64,000 nucleotides of DNA. Source: Candidatus Latescibacterota bacterium (GTDB lineage Bacteria; Latescibacterota; UBA2968; UBA8231). Both the position numbers and the translations under genes were made by a program. The notes under the pieces were generated by a model. The model worked only from the letters and a program-made list of their open reading frames with translations, was not told the origin of the DNA and did not search any database. Each line of letters opens with the position of its first letter. Positions within the stretch are counted from its first letter, which is position 1. The stretch spans positions 736,001 to 800,000 of the forward strand of contig CBDETK010000013.1 in assembly GCA_965242865.1 (NCBI GenBank). The letters run 5' to 3'. Of the stretch, positions 44,262 to 53,281 are shown piece after piece.

Positions 44262-45443
44262 CTAGGGTGCAGTTGGGGCCTTAATCTTGTAGTCCTCCGG
44301 AACGCTAGCGGGTCTTGGACAAAAGTGTCGGAAATCGCAGGCGGCACAGGTTGCCTCATCTTGGCAGTTCGGAGACCAAGCCTGAAGAATATCGCGGCCA
44401 GTTGCTTCTGCTACGACATCTTCCTCCGCTCGACGAACAACATCATCGAAGGATGCAAGAGCACGATCAATGCTCTCTGGGGAGGCCGGAATAACTCGGA
44501 TGGCCCTACGCAGACGAAAAGCGAGCGATAGTTGGCTTGTATCCATGCCCTCCCGCCACATTCTGACAATCTGCTCATCTTGAGAGCCAACTTCTGGCAC
44601 TACGTCAGTCGAATTATTAGCCAGACCCCGCCTAATCGCCCGCATCTCTGTTCCACCGGGTGTCAACTCGTTTATGTAGATCAGAATGCCAGCAGCCACT
44701 TGAAGGGCATCGGGCTGCCGTGCTCTGAGCCAAGCGTAAGTTTGAATTTGCCAGTCTCCTTGGTCCCAGTAGGCTTCATCAGTCAAGGGGCGTCTCGCAC
44801 CTTTATAGTCCACTATAACCTCGAATTCTCCTTGCAATTTTGGATCACCTTGCAGAACGCACTGACGAATAAGATTGTCGTCGGAGGCTTCAGAGAGAGT
44901 TACGTTAGTCAGGACGTCGATAACACCGTGTACTTCATAGTTATCGCAGCGAAGGTCTTCCTCACTATCTGGCACAGGTCTTGTTCCAATCACTTTGCGC
45001 TCTGTAGAAGCGATAAGTGGAAATAAATGCCGTCTGAGCTCGTTCACCGCAACCTCAATGCGACGGTATGCCGAGTCGCGAGCATCAGCACTACGTGCTT
45101 CCTTGCCTTGTTGCCGTAAAGCATTCTCTACTAAGTCGGCAAATCTACCAATGTCGTAGTTAGCCCAGTTAGGGGAATCTTGTCGCCACTCGCGTTTTGT
45201 GCATGGCCAAGGGAAGTTAGGTGGCTGTTGGCCTTTTTGGCGTAACTCATCCCAAAAGCGATAGGCCATTTCCAAGGTGCCATGTAAAAACTCACCAAAC
45301 CAGAGCTGGACTGGTCTCGATGGAGGCAAAGCACTGCCATTGTGGTATCGATACTGTAGCCGGCAACGCAGATAGGATAGCAGGTCGCCAGTGAGCGAAT
45401 AGGATGGAACGATATGTTCCGGACGTTTGACTTCAAGTTCCAT
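44262..45443 (-). CDS. PD-(D/E)XK nuclease, RecB/AddB/Cas4-like, with probable Fe-S cluster
   Basis: YSLT..L.YLRC..QY, G.FLH..LE, HGVIDVL, IVDYKG, QIQTY, terminal CAACDFRHFCP. Confidence 0.9.
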   Translation of the reverse strand: MELEVKRPEHIVPSYSLTGDLLSYLRCRLQYRYHNGSALPPSRPVQLWFGEFLHGTLEMAYRFWDELRQKGQQPPNFPWPCTKREWRQDSPNWANYDIGRFADLVENALRQQGKEARSADARDSAYRRIEVAVNELRRHLFPLIASTERKVIGTRPVPDSEEDLRCDNYEVHGVIDVLTNVTLSEASDDNLIRQCVLQGDPKLQGEFEVIVDYKGARRPLTDEAYWDQGDWQIQTYAWLRARQPDALQVAAGILIYINELTPGGTEMRAIRRGLANNSTDVVPEVGSQDEQIVRMWREGMDTSQLSLAFRLRRAIRVIPASPESIDRALASFDDVVRRAEEDVVAEATGRDILQAWSPNCQDEATCAACDFRHFCPRPASVPEDYKIKAPTAP

Positions 45444-45469
45444 GGCCAACTCCCGTTGATGCGTTGGGA

Positions 45470-47851
45470 TTATAGAAGCAAAAATGGTGGATCAACTCGT
45501 ACAGGAGATCTGCGAGTACTATATTCTTGTCTCCACGGCCAAGTATTATCACGCCGCCAGCCCAAAGCTATGTTCGGAATTGCCTTTTGGGTGTAATTCT
45601 TTCCGGTTCCATAGAATAGGCAGCTTTCGTTTCCCACGAGCATCAGTACGGACTGTGGACGGCTATAGGCGACGTAATAGAGCCGCGCTAGGTCATCAAA
45701 AGTACGGTCCAAGCCATCACGATCACTTCGGAGTGGACCCGTTAGATGAGGCTCTACGTCATTTTCAGCTCGCACTACACTCGAAATGCGATCAGGAAAT
45801 CTCAAAAATCGCTGCATTCGATGGTTGCGCGTAAAGCGACTTCCAACATCAACGATCACTAATGGAAATTCCAATCCTTTTGCTTGGTGAATTGTCATAA
45901 ATTGCAATCTATCCCGCGGAACGCTTGGTATAATGTCTTCGTCAACATCAACCTCGTTCTCTGCAATCGGTATAAGTGCGTCGCGAACAAAACTCAATCT
46001 GCTTCTGCTTAAACGCACAGGATCGCTATTAGCAGCGGTGTTCTGTAGAAGTTGCATACCATAGGGAGATGCCATACCCGCGCTTGCAATGATGCGCGTA
46101 ATAGCCTCCAGCCATACTTGATGCTCGGGATCACGTTGAAATTCAGGCATCCAAGAGATCAACTTAAAGACAAGTTCCAGAACCGGCCAGTCTTGAGGAA
46201 AAGCATCGGTCGCCTGCCCCAACGCAGCATTTTGCCAGTCTCTGATGAAACCTCTGAGTGCAGGACCATCATTTGGGGGTGGGTTTGAGTCGACAAATTG
46301 TTGAGCACTTTGTCTCCACTGACTAAGGAAGAACCTCGCCTCGTTAGTGGGCATCACTTCACTGATGATGGTATTTTTTGGATCAATTGCCAGAAGGAGG
46401 AGACCTAAGAGAACGCTTACATTGGGAATTGTTCGCAGAGCTTGACCGCGTGGATTGAAAACTTGGAGACCGTTAGCTTTCATTTTCTCTCGCAGTGTAC
46501 CTGGAAATCTCTCCTGTGGTGCACTTTTGTAATGGTCGTACTGCTCTTCTTCAATAGAATGAGCCAAAAACACCGCGTCACCTAAGGCACCGTCCTGTGA
46601 TATCCGAATTTCCTGATCTATTGCGCCAATAGGAAAATTCCGTTGATTAAACAGCCTATTCAGAAATGCCACAAGGTCTGTTGCGAGACTCTCTGGATCA
46701 GCCCTAAACATACCTAACACGCGAATATCTTCGCTTGTCCTAGTTGCCACCACCGAAGGCTTTGGAGGCTTAATTCGTGCAGGCAAGAAATCTGGATCGC
46801 TCGTAATGTAGTCGTTATAAAACTGCACAATTTCCGGCCTTGAGCGGAAGTTTCTGGTCATGTCCACTCGACGGGTCTGGCGTCTTGTTGCTTGCTGACA
46901 ACGCTCTGCAAACTCAGTAAAGAGTTCAACCGATCCACCCCTGAACCTGTACATGGACTGATCGTCATCACCTACAATAGTCATTGACAGGCGGGCCATA
47001 TCAAGCATAGCAAAGTAAATGGCTTCCTGCAGAGGATTTGTGTCTTGATATTCATCGATTAAAATCACTCGTAATCCTTCAAGCCACTCCCTAAGCGATC
47101 CATTGGACAAACGTTGCAGAAATAGTTCCTCTAAAATCGTAAAATCAAAGACGTTTGTTTCAACCGCTCGCTGGCGATAGCGTTCCAGCATCTCGACAAA
47201 CAATTCTTGGGCTTGTCCAGATTGTGTATAACTGTTCAAGTTCACACGATCCTGTATCAAACGTTCAAGTAAGCGCTTCGCCACTTTAAGGGCCTCTCCA
47301 AGATTGCGCGGAGATTTGCCATCGAAGGTGTACCGGCTCAAAAGGATATCAAGAGTGTCTTGATTGGACTTGTACAAATCTCGAAATGCTGACCTCTTCA
47401 AAATTAGGTTACTTGCGGAGGTTTCTGCGACTATAGGCTCGAGTGCTCCCGGCAATCGGTACTCTGTCAGTGCTTGTTGGATAATACTATCCAACGTATC
47501 AATTCTGCATCGGTTAAGGTCAATCTGGGAGAGATTGATAGCAGAATCAGACTCAAGTTCTGCATAAAGGGCAGTACCCCAGTCTAGCCAGCGCGTACGT
47601 AACTCACGGGCAGCTTTCCGAGTGAACGTGGTAATCAGAATGTTTTCAGGCAGAACATTTTCTACGAAGACATACCGTAAAGCGCGAAGCACAAGAACGG
47701 TGGTCTTTCCCGAACCCGGACCAGCAACAATTTGCAGAATGCGGGCGTCCGCGTGGTTGACAGCGTCGAGCTGAGCCGCATTATCTGGATTTAGCAAATC
47801 GCGGCCAAGGCGACTGCTTACTATATCGAGAAAACGATCTTTGCTAATCAT
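45470..47851 (-). CDS. UvrD/Rep-family SF1 helicase (accessory)
   Basis: AGPGSGKT, LIDEYQD, VGDDDQSMYRFRG, NFRS, TIHQAKGLEFP, RLYYVAYSR. Confidence 0.92.
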   Translation of the reverse strand: MISKDRFLDIVSSRLGRDLLNPDNAAQLDAVNHADARILQIVAGPGSGKTTVLVLRALRYVFVENVLPENILITTFTRKAARELRTRWLDWGTALYAELESDSAINLSQIDLNRCRIDTLDSIIQQALTEYRLPGALEPIVAETSASNLILKRSAFRDLYKSNQDTLDILLSRYTFDGKSPRNLGEALKVAKRLLERLIQDRVNLNSYTQSGQAQELFVEMLERYRQRAVETNVFDFTILEELFLQRLSNGSLREWLEGLRVILIDEYQDTNPLQEAIYFAMLDMARLSMTIVGDDDQSMYRFRGGSVELFTEFAERCQQATRRQTRRVDMTRNFRSRPEIVQFYNDYITSDPDFLPARIKPPKPSVVATRTSEDIRVLGMFRADPESLATDLVAFLNRLFNQRNFPIGAIDQEIRISQDGALGDAVFLAHSIEEEQYDHYKSAPQERFPGTLREKMKANGLQVFNPRGQALRTIPNVSVLLGLLLLAIDPKNTIISEVMPTNEARFFLSQWRQSAQQFVDSNPPPNDGPALRGFIRDWQNAALGQATDAFPQDWPVLELVFKLISWMPEFQRDPEHQVWLEAITRIIASAGMASPYGMQLLQNTAANSDPVRLSRSRLSFVRDALIPIAENEVDVDEDIIPSVPRDRLQFMTIHQAKGLEFPLVIVDVGSRFTRNHRMQRFLRFPDRISSVVRAENDVEPHLTGPLRSDRDGLDRTFDDLARLYYVAYSRPQSVLMLVGNESCLFYGTGKNYTQKAIPNIALGWRRDNTWPWRQEYSTRRSPVRVDPPFLLL

Positions 47852-47881
47852 AAAATGTCCTTTAGCCTGATCTCTAATACC

Positions 47882-49600
47882 CTAGACATGCCTACCTTCT
47901 TGGATGCGTTCGTATAACATGAGCGTGTTGTGCGCTCCTCGTCTCCGGTTTCGATTGGCCCCACGGAAGATGAGGATATGGATGCCGATTCTTTGGCAAA
48001 AGGGGCAGTCGCAATTTTGCCAAGGGCGTTCTTCTAGTGTCCGACGGTATTGCCCACGCATGGACTGCATTTCACTGGACCTCGCTAGATGCTGGTCGTA
48101 GCTTACAACAGCGTCGAGAACTTCATTGACGTGGACCTCATCCCTGTCGTATCGGCATAGTAAGCTCAAAACTTCGCGTTCCTCTTGCTCCAATTGAGAA
48201 ATGTCCGCATTTGCTGCTATCAGTCGCTTGCGTGTGCGTCCGTCGCTTGTTATCGGTACTCGCAATGCCGCGTACCACTTACCATTGGTGCCGAGATAAT
48301 TCTGATCAGAGCGAAGCCACGCTTTGCGGAAGTACGTTGCGCTGTCAAAGCTATCAATTTTGAGTTCGCGGAACACATCTTGCAGTTTGGGGCGGAAAAT
48401 CCCAAACAGATGTATCCATGGTCTCTCTTTGAGTTCGTTGGCGGCAGTGATCACTGCTCGTGCAATACTCTCAATCTCGCTATCTTGCTTAGGAACAAGG
48501 CCCCCAAGTGCCAAATAGCGGTATCCGATGTCATAGTAGTGATGAACGGCTTCAGCGTATTGCTCCGGGCTGATGCCTTGTATAGTGCCAACCGGATTGA
48601 ACTGAGCCTTCCGTTTTTTCGCAGCCTCAAAGAATAACGCCGCATTTGCATGAGTGATTCGCACCCTATCTTGACGTTCCTCATCGGAAAGCCCCCTTAT
48701 TTCTCCGTTCTTGTTGATTTTTTGAACGGGAATATGGTCAACAGACGCTCCAAAGTTGAAGTCATATAACTCGTATAACGCGACCGCTTGCTCTACTGAA
48801 ATAGCTGGTTCATCGTCATTCACGTAACTGAAGGCACCACAATCGCCAAATAGCCACTGATTATCCATAAGACCAAATTGTTTGCGTAGCGGCAAAGGAG
48901 ACAAGGCACTGGCTTCGGTGCCTTCCAGCCGCCGCAAGGGGCCTTTCGATGTTCCATGCTGGGCAAGACTGACGAGGATGCCGTCGCACATTTGTTCGGG
49001 CTGCATCAAGATACAACAGTGTTGATCCTCTCTGTCTTCACGAGTTGGCCCCGAGAAGGTGTCTTGCTCGAAGTCAAAATTCGGATCCAAGAGGTCGTCC
49101 CAGTCAGGAAGGAAATAGCAGTGTCTCCCAGCACCACCGTTAACATCAGCCCTCACCCTCTGGACAGGCGGTGTGCTATTGAGAAAAGCCTTTATTTGAC
49201 TCGCTTTCTCGCCTCTGCTGCCTTGAAACGGCGTAACGGGGAGAGAAGTCCGTTTCAGGGCGGGCTCAACGGCGGGAAGATAGTCCTTTCCCAATGAAAA
49301 ATACACGGCATCGTGATAATCAGCCCACTTTTTTAGAATGGCAGAACACTCAGTAGCCTTTTCACGGGCCATAGCTGGAGTCATCCGCGAATCGTAATGC
49401 TCAATCCGCTTCAGACTTCCAAACAAACCGTATTCCGCAGAAAGAATCGCAATAGATAGACCAAGCGGCCATTGATTGTCCCGCAAGAATTTCTTGATGA
49501 CCCGATACTCAGACCCGTTGTAACGGTCAATTGCAGGAAGCCAACCATTACAGTTCCGTTTGGCCTGCGAGCAACTCAAAACGAGTAACTGTCTATTCAT
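47882..49600 (-). CDS. dpdA: DpdA-type DNA 7-deazaguanine transglycosylase with N-terminal YaaA/DUF6884-like domain
   Basis: YFLPDWDDLLDPNFDF, GDCGAFSY, SVDH, ALGGLVP, IHLFG, SFDSA, PW..CDCPFC..IGI..LIFRGANRNRRRGAHN; N-terminal LSCSQAK..PAIDRYNG..ILSAEYGL..IEHYD. Confidence 0.85.
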   Translation of the reverse strand: MNRQLLVLSCSQAKRNCNGWLPAIDRYNGSEYRVIKKFLRDNQWPLGLSIAILSAEYGLFGSLKRIEHYDSRMTPAMAREKATECSAILKKWADYHDAVYFSLGKDYLPAVEPALKRTSLPVTPFQGSRGEKASQIKAFLNSTPPVQRVRADVNGGAGRHCYFLPDWDDLLDPNFDFEQDTFSGPTREDREDQHCCILMQPEQMCDGILVSLAQHGTSKGPLRRLEGTEASALSPLPLRKQFGLMDNQWLFGDCGAFSYVNDDEPAISVEQAVALYELYDFNFGASVDHIPVQKINKNGEIRGLSDEERQDRVRITHANAALFFEAAKKRKAQFNPVGTIQGISPEQYAEAVHHYYDIGYRYLALGGLVPKQDSEIESIARAVITAANELKERPWIHLFGIFRPKLQDVFRELKIDSFDSATYFRKAWLRSDQNYLGTNGKWYAALRVPITSDGRTRKRLIAANADISQLEQEEREVLSLLCRYDRDEVHVNEVLDAVVSYDQHLARSSEMQSMRGQYRRTLEERPWQNCDCPFCQRIGIHILIFRGANRNRRRGAHNTLMLYERIQEGRHV

Positions 49601-49802
49601 GGCATTTACCTCGGCAGAAGCTCAAGAAGGTTGTTGCGATAAAAATAGGAATTATATACAACAGGGCCAAACTGGCACCAGCGGCCACATGCACGGGTGG
49701 TACGCCTTTCAGTACGCACAGCCTCTTGACGGCGATAGACTGCCCGCAGCAGCCCGTTGCTGCTCTCGGCTCAAGCAAAGGACAGATAGTAGGCATCCTA
49801 TC

Positions 49803-52706
49803 TTAGGCGTCAATCCGCGTCTTTTTGCCGCCGTGGACGCTCGGCTCGGCGCACCATTGGGCGCGCAAAATGGCGAGCGGTTCAAGGGCGGCTTCGGGCA
49901 GGTGCAATAGGTCGATCAGGACAGCGCGGTCGAGGGCTTGGCGAGCGTCGTCCCGATACGCCTCGTTAGCTGGGAGGAACTCCTTTTCCTTGAAGCTCGT
50001 AAAGATGGCTTCGGCTTGGGCGAGTTGCTCTTTGCTGAGGGCACGTGGGTCCAGAACCGTCAGACGGGGCAGTTGAGTGATTGTCAGACACGCACGGCCC
50101 TGCTGCTGTCGGGTCCCGACCCACCAGAAGGCGAGGAGGCCTAGAGTTGTGTTGGACCACAAGACGAGGGGGACGCTCCACTCGTCTTGTTCCGATATGA
50201 AGTTGGGCCATGCCCGGCCACCGATGGCTTTAGTTGGCGTAAGGCAAGCGGTGAGGCTCTGCGAGTTGATCTGAAAATCTCGGTTAAAGTGCAGCCGCGA
50301 GGCCGTTTCGTTCCAAACCTCAACCGACAGGGCATCGCAGCCGGGTCGTACCTCGCCTTCGCTATCAGGTCGGACTATGAGACTCCGTTCACGCTTGGCA
50401 TCGTGGCCCCACAACGCCGGATATTGCGGCACACCCTGAATGGGGATGATTTCAAATGGCCCTCGTGGTGTCCCATTGCTGGCTTTCCCGGCGATGTCGC
50501 GGTCGAGCAACCCTTTCTCGCCGAGTTCTCCAAGATGAGTTGTCGCCAGCGGCGCGTCGTATCCTCGCGGTAGCCGGAGCGCCCCTGCCGCCAGACCGAG
50601 GGCAGCATCCGCCAGCGTCGTTTCGCGCAGAGACGCGCACCCTCCTTGATTCAGCGGTGCTCGGATGTACGTGCCAACCGTCTCGCTGTTGCCGATGCAC
50701 AACCGACCCTGCCGAACTTGAGCCGGCAGCCGACGCACGGCCCGCGCCATCTCAAAGGCTTCCGCGATACTGCCCGGTCGATAATAAAGATTGACGAACA
50801 GCGTTTCCCCGCTTTCCCCGTTTCCCGCCTCGCGCCGCTTGTTCGCCACGACGAGGGCCTCGGCCATCCCGGTATCCGCTGAAAACGCCCGATCCGTATC
50901 TCCGTGCGCCGCAATGGTCAGCACTGCCACGTCCTCGTACTCGCGCTCCAACAACCGCCGAAAGTCCCTCCAAGAGCCGCCACTCACACACGCTGCCGGC
51001 AGCACCAGCGCGAGGACGCCACCGGACTTGAGCTTGACGTGGGCTAGGTCGATAAAGTTGGAAGCCAAGCCCGCATTGCCGTGCCCGACCGGATCGGTCA
51101 ACCGCCGCCTGATCTCGACCAGACGCTTGGACATAGCTTGTTGCTCGTCTTGGGTCGTGTTCAGTCCAGCAAACGACGGCACCGGCACCTCGGCCTTTTC
51201 GTGATTGGTGGGCCGCGTAAACGGCGGGTTCATAATCACCAGATCCGCCGTTTCGCGGGGGAGGATCATGTCTTGGCTCCCCTCGGCTTCCACATCCTCG
51301 CCCGTGCCGTGCGCCACGGTGGCACCCGTCCCAAACAGCGATGGCGCGGTGTCGTCCTCAATCAGATCGAGTGCGCCCAACGCCATAGTATGCCGCTTTT
51401 CCTGACTCTGCTGGCCGTAGGGCAGGGTGTGGACGCGGGTGTGGCCAAAGGTCGTCCCCGGATGAGCACTCGACAGGATGGACGCGGTCAAGTGCGTGGC
51501 CGCTGGCATGATGTCGGCCGCGACGAGGGCGCGTTCCATCATTTGCCGATGCAGCGTCTGATCGTCGCCGCCGGTCCGCCGATGCCGTGCCGATAGTGCG
51601 CGATACGCCGCCGACAGCAACGCACCCGTGCCACAGGCTAAGTCCGCGACTTGTAGGCCGATGAGAGCGTCCGGGTCGGACCAATCCGCGTCCGCGTCCA
51701 AACGAGCCACCGCCAACTCCCCGAGCAGAGCCGCCGACGTCGGCAGGGTGTAAAACGTGGCGAGGAACTTGCGGTCCGCGATGAGCCGTTGGAACATCCG
51801 CCCAGAAAGATCGTGCAAGGTGGTCGCGCCCAAGCCCGCTAAGTCGCTGGCCGCTTGCGCGAGGCGGTTGAGAACCGCATTGGCCGCGCCGTCGGGAATG
51901 GGTAGCAGCAAATCGGAGGCAATGCGAAAGATCGGATAGTAGTTGATGTCTTTGAGGATGTGCTGCCAGCATTTGATCAGACGGCTCTTGCTGACGTCGT
52001 TGCGCCCCGGAATCCGCAATTCGTCGATAGTGTCAATCCCGTGCGCTTCGACAATCGCGGTGTGAAAAACGAGCGCGTTGGCGACGATAGCCATGGCCAT
52101 GCGCGAGGTTTGCTCGCCATCCTCTTGATGGAGGGACCGCGCCATATTCTCCAGCGCGTGCGTGCCAGCCGTTTCGCGCAGCTTGCCAGCGGCCTCGCCA
52201 ATGCTCTGCTCCAGAATCTGCGTCCCCTCGGCGAGCAGCCGCTCGGACAGCGACACGTTCTCAACACAGCTCGCCAGATCGTCAATGCTACCGACGAGCC
52301 AGCCGGTGGCCGGCCAGCGCACGGCCCTATCCGCCGCTTGCAGCGCGTGGGTGCAATAGCGGAACTCGGCCGCTGCGATCGCCTGCTCCAAGTCTTGCTG
52401 CGGCACCTCGCTCAGGGCTTGCGGAATTTGGACGGCAATGGTTTGCTCAATCTGCGCACCTTGGTACTGCAAGAACTGCCTCAAGCGTTTGCGGGCGTCT
52501 TCTTCGACGCTGCGCGCCGGTTCAAACTCGGTTTCGAGGACGACCGGAATGCCGCCCGGCGGGCGAATGACGATGTCCGGCCGCTGCGCGGCCTCGCGGA
52601 CGACGCCCTGTTGCTCCGCCCCGGTGCGGTCGCGCCAACGCGGATGCTTGGTCCGCAGCACATTCGACAGGGCGACGTTAAAGGCGATTTCGTTGGTTCG
52701 GGGCAC
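49803..52706 (-). CDS. Type IIG-like fused restriction endonuclease / N6-adenine methyltransferase
   Basis: N-terminal RPDIVI..VLETE nuclease-like motif; FYT, DLACGTGALL (motif I), VIMNPPF (motif IV), GGVLALVLP; C-terminal TRD-like region. Confidence 0.85.
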   Translation of the reverse strand: MPRTNEIAFNVALSNVLRTKHPRWRDRTGAEQQGVVREAAQRPDIVIRPPGGIPVVLETEFEPARSVEEDARKRLRQFLQYQGAQIEQTIAVQIPQALSEVPQQDLEQAIAAAEFRYCTHALQAADRAVRWPATGWLVGSIDDLASCVENVSLSERLLAEGTQILEQSIGEAAGKLRETAGTHALENMARSLHQEDGEQTSRMAMAIVANALVFHTAIVEAHGIDTIDELRIPGRNDVSKSRLIKCWQHILKDINYYPIFRIASDLLLPIPDGAANAVLNRLAQAASDLAGLGATTLHDLSGRMFQRLIADRKFLATFYTLPTSAALLGELAVARLDADADWSDPDALIGLQVADLACGTGALLSAAYRALSARHRRTGGDDQTLHRQMMERALVAADIMPAATHLTASILSSAHPGTTFGHTRVHTLPYGQQSQEKRHTMALGALDLIEDDTAPSLFGTGATVAHGTGEDVEAEGSQDMILPRETADLVIMNPPFTRPTNHEKAEVPVPSFAGLNTTQDEQQAMSKRLVEIRRRLTDPVGHGNAGLASNFIDLAHVKLKSGGVLALVLPAACVSGGSWRDFRRLLEREYEDVAVLTIAAHGDTDRAFSADTGMAEALVVANKRREAGNGESGETLFVNLYYRPGSIAEAFEMARAVRRLPAQVRQGRLCIGNSETVGTYIRAPLNQGGCASLRETTLADAALGLAAGALRLPRGYDAPLATTHLGELGEKGLLDRDIAGKASNGTPRGPFEIIPIQGVPQYPALWGHDAKRERSLIVRPDSEGEVRPGCDALSVEVWNETASRLHFNRDFQINSQSLTACLTPTKAIGGRAWPNFISEQDEWSVPLVLWSNTTLGLLAFWWVGTRQQQGRACLTITQLPRLTVLDPRALSKEQLAQAEAIFTSFKEKEFLPANEAYRDDARQALDRAVLIDLLHLPEAALEPLAILRAQWCAEPSVHGGKKTRIDA

Positions 52707-52719
52707 GGTTCGAGAAAGC

Positions 52720-53280
52720 TCAGTCGATTTGAATGGCGTGAGCGGCTAGTTTTCCGTCCAACTCGGTGGACGGGATAATATCGACCACATCCATCATCTC
52801 TTTAGTCAATGGACTTTTTAGAAAACCTTTCAACCTGTCTCTGTCTGTCAGGTTATCCATCACCATAACGGAATCCGGCGAAGCGGCGGTCGCCACGAGC
52901 CAGAATTGAAACTTGTTCTCCGGCAGAAACGCTTTCACATCGGTCCGCGAGCTCGACAGGCGACACAAGACCAACATGGACCCGTACAGCTTGAGACGGT
53001 TTTCTTTAAGAACTTCATCGTAGAGCAAGTCAGCTTGGTCGTCGTCGTTGAGGTAATCGTATTTTTCTTTGAAGTCAGTGATTGTGCTCGCCAAGTTGGT
53101 CTCCTCGATAAGAATGACGCTTTGTTGATCGTTGCTGACCGTTACGTAGTCGCAGCACTCGCAGGTCCCGAGCTTGGCCGCACGACGCATGTTGGATTCT
53201 TTCGCCGTGCTGTCCATCCGATACGCTTTGAAGCCGCTGGCAGACGACTCTATTGACTCGACGAATTGGGATAAGGGCAT
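52720..53280 (-). CDS. Hypothetical protein, possible degenerate PD-(D/E)XK nuclease partner of the ATPase
   Basis: CCDYV....ILIEET motif; starts 1 bp after the ATPase stop. Confidence 0.55.
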   Translation of the reverse strand: MPLSQFVESIESSASGFKAYRMDSTAKESNMRRAAKLGTCECCDYVTVSNDQQSVILIEETNLASTITDFKEKYDYLNDDDQADLLYDEVLKENRLKLYGSMLVLCRLSSSRTDVKAFLPENKFQFWLVATAASPDSVMVMDNLTDRDRLKGFLKSPLTKEMMDVVDIIPSTELDGKLAAHAIQID

Positions 53281-53281
53281 T

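Noticed and set aside
44262-45443. Calling the nuclease cas4 or addB
   Set aside because: No CRISPR/cas1 context, about twice Cas4 size, and no AddB helicase-like domain; only the family-level call is supported.
47882-49600. Housekeeping tRNA-guanine transglycosylase (tgt), given nearby miaB/mtaB
   Set aside because: Lacks the TPxFMPVGT and DSGGFQ motifs of Tgt, has DpdA-type motifs and lies among defence genes.
44254-49698. 8-bp inverted repeat (acccgtgc / gcacgggt) flanking the Dpd unit as element ends
   Set aside because: Too short to distinguish from chance; no target duplication or transposase.
49593-49910. Short ORFs between dpdA and the type IIG gene
   Set aside because: No recognisable motif or RBS; more likely promoter/intergenic DNA.
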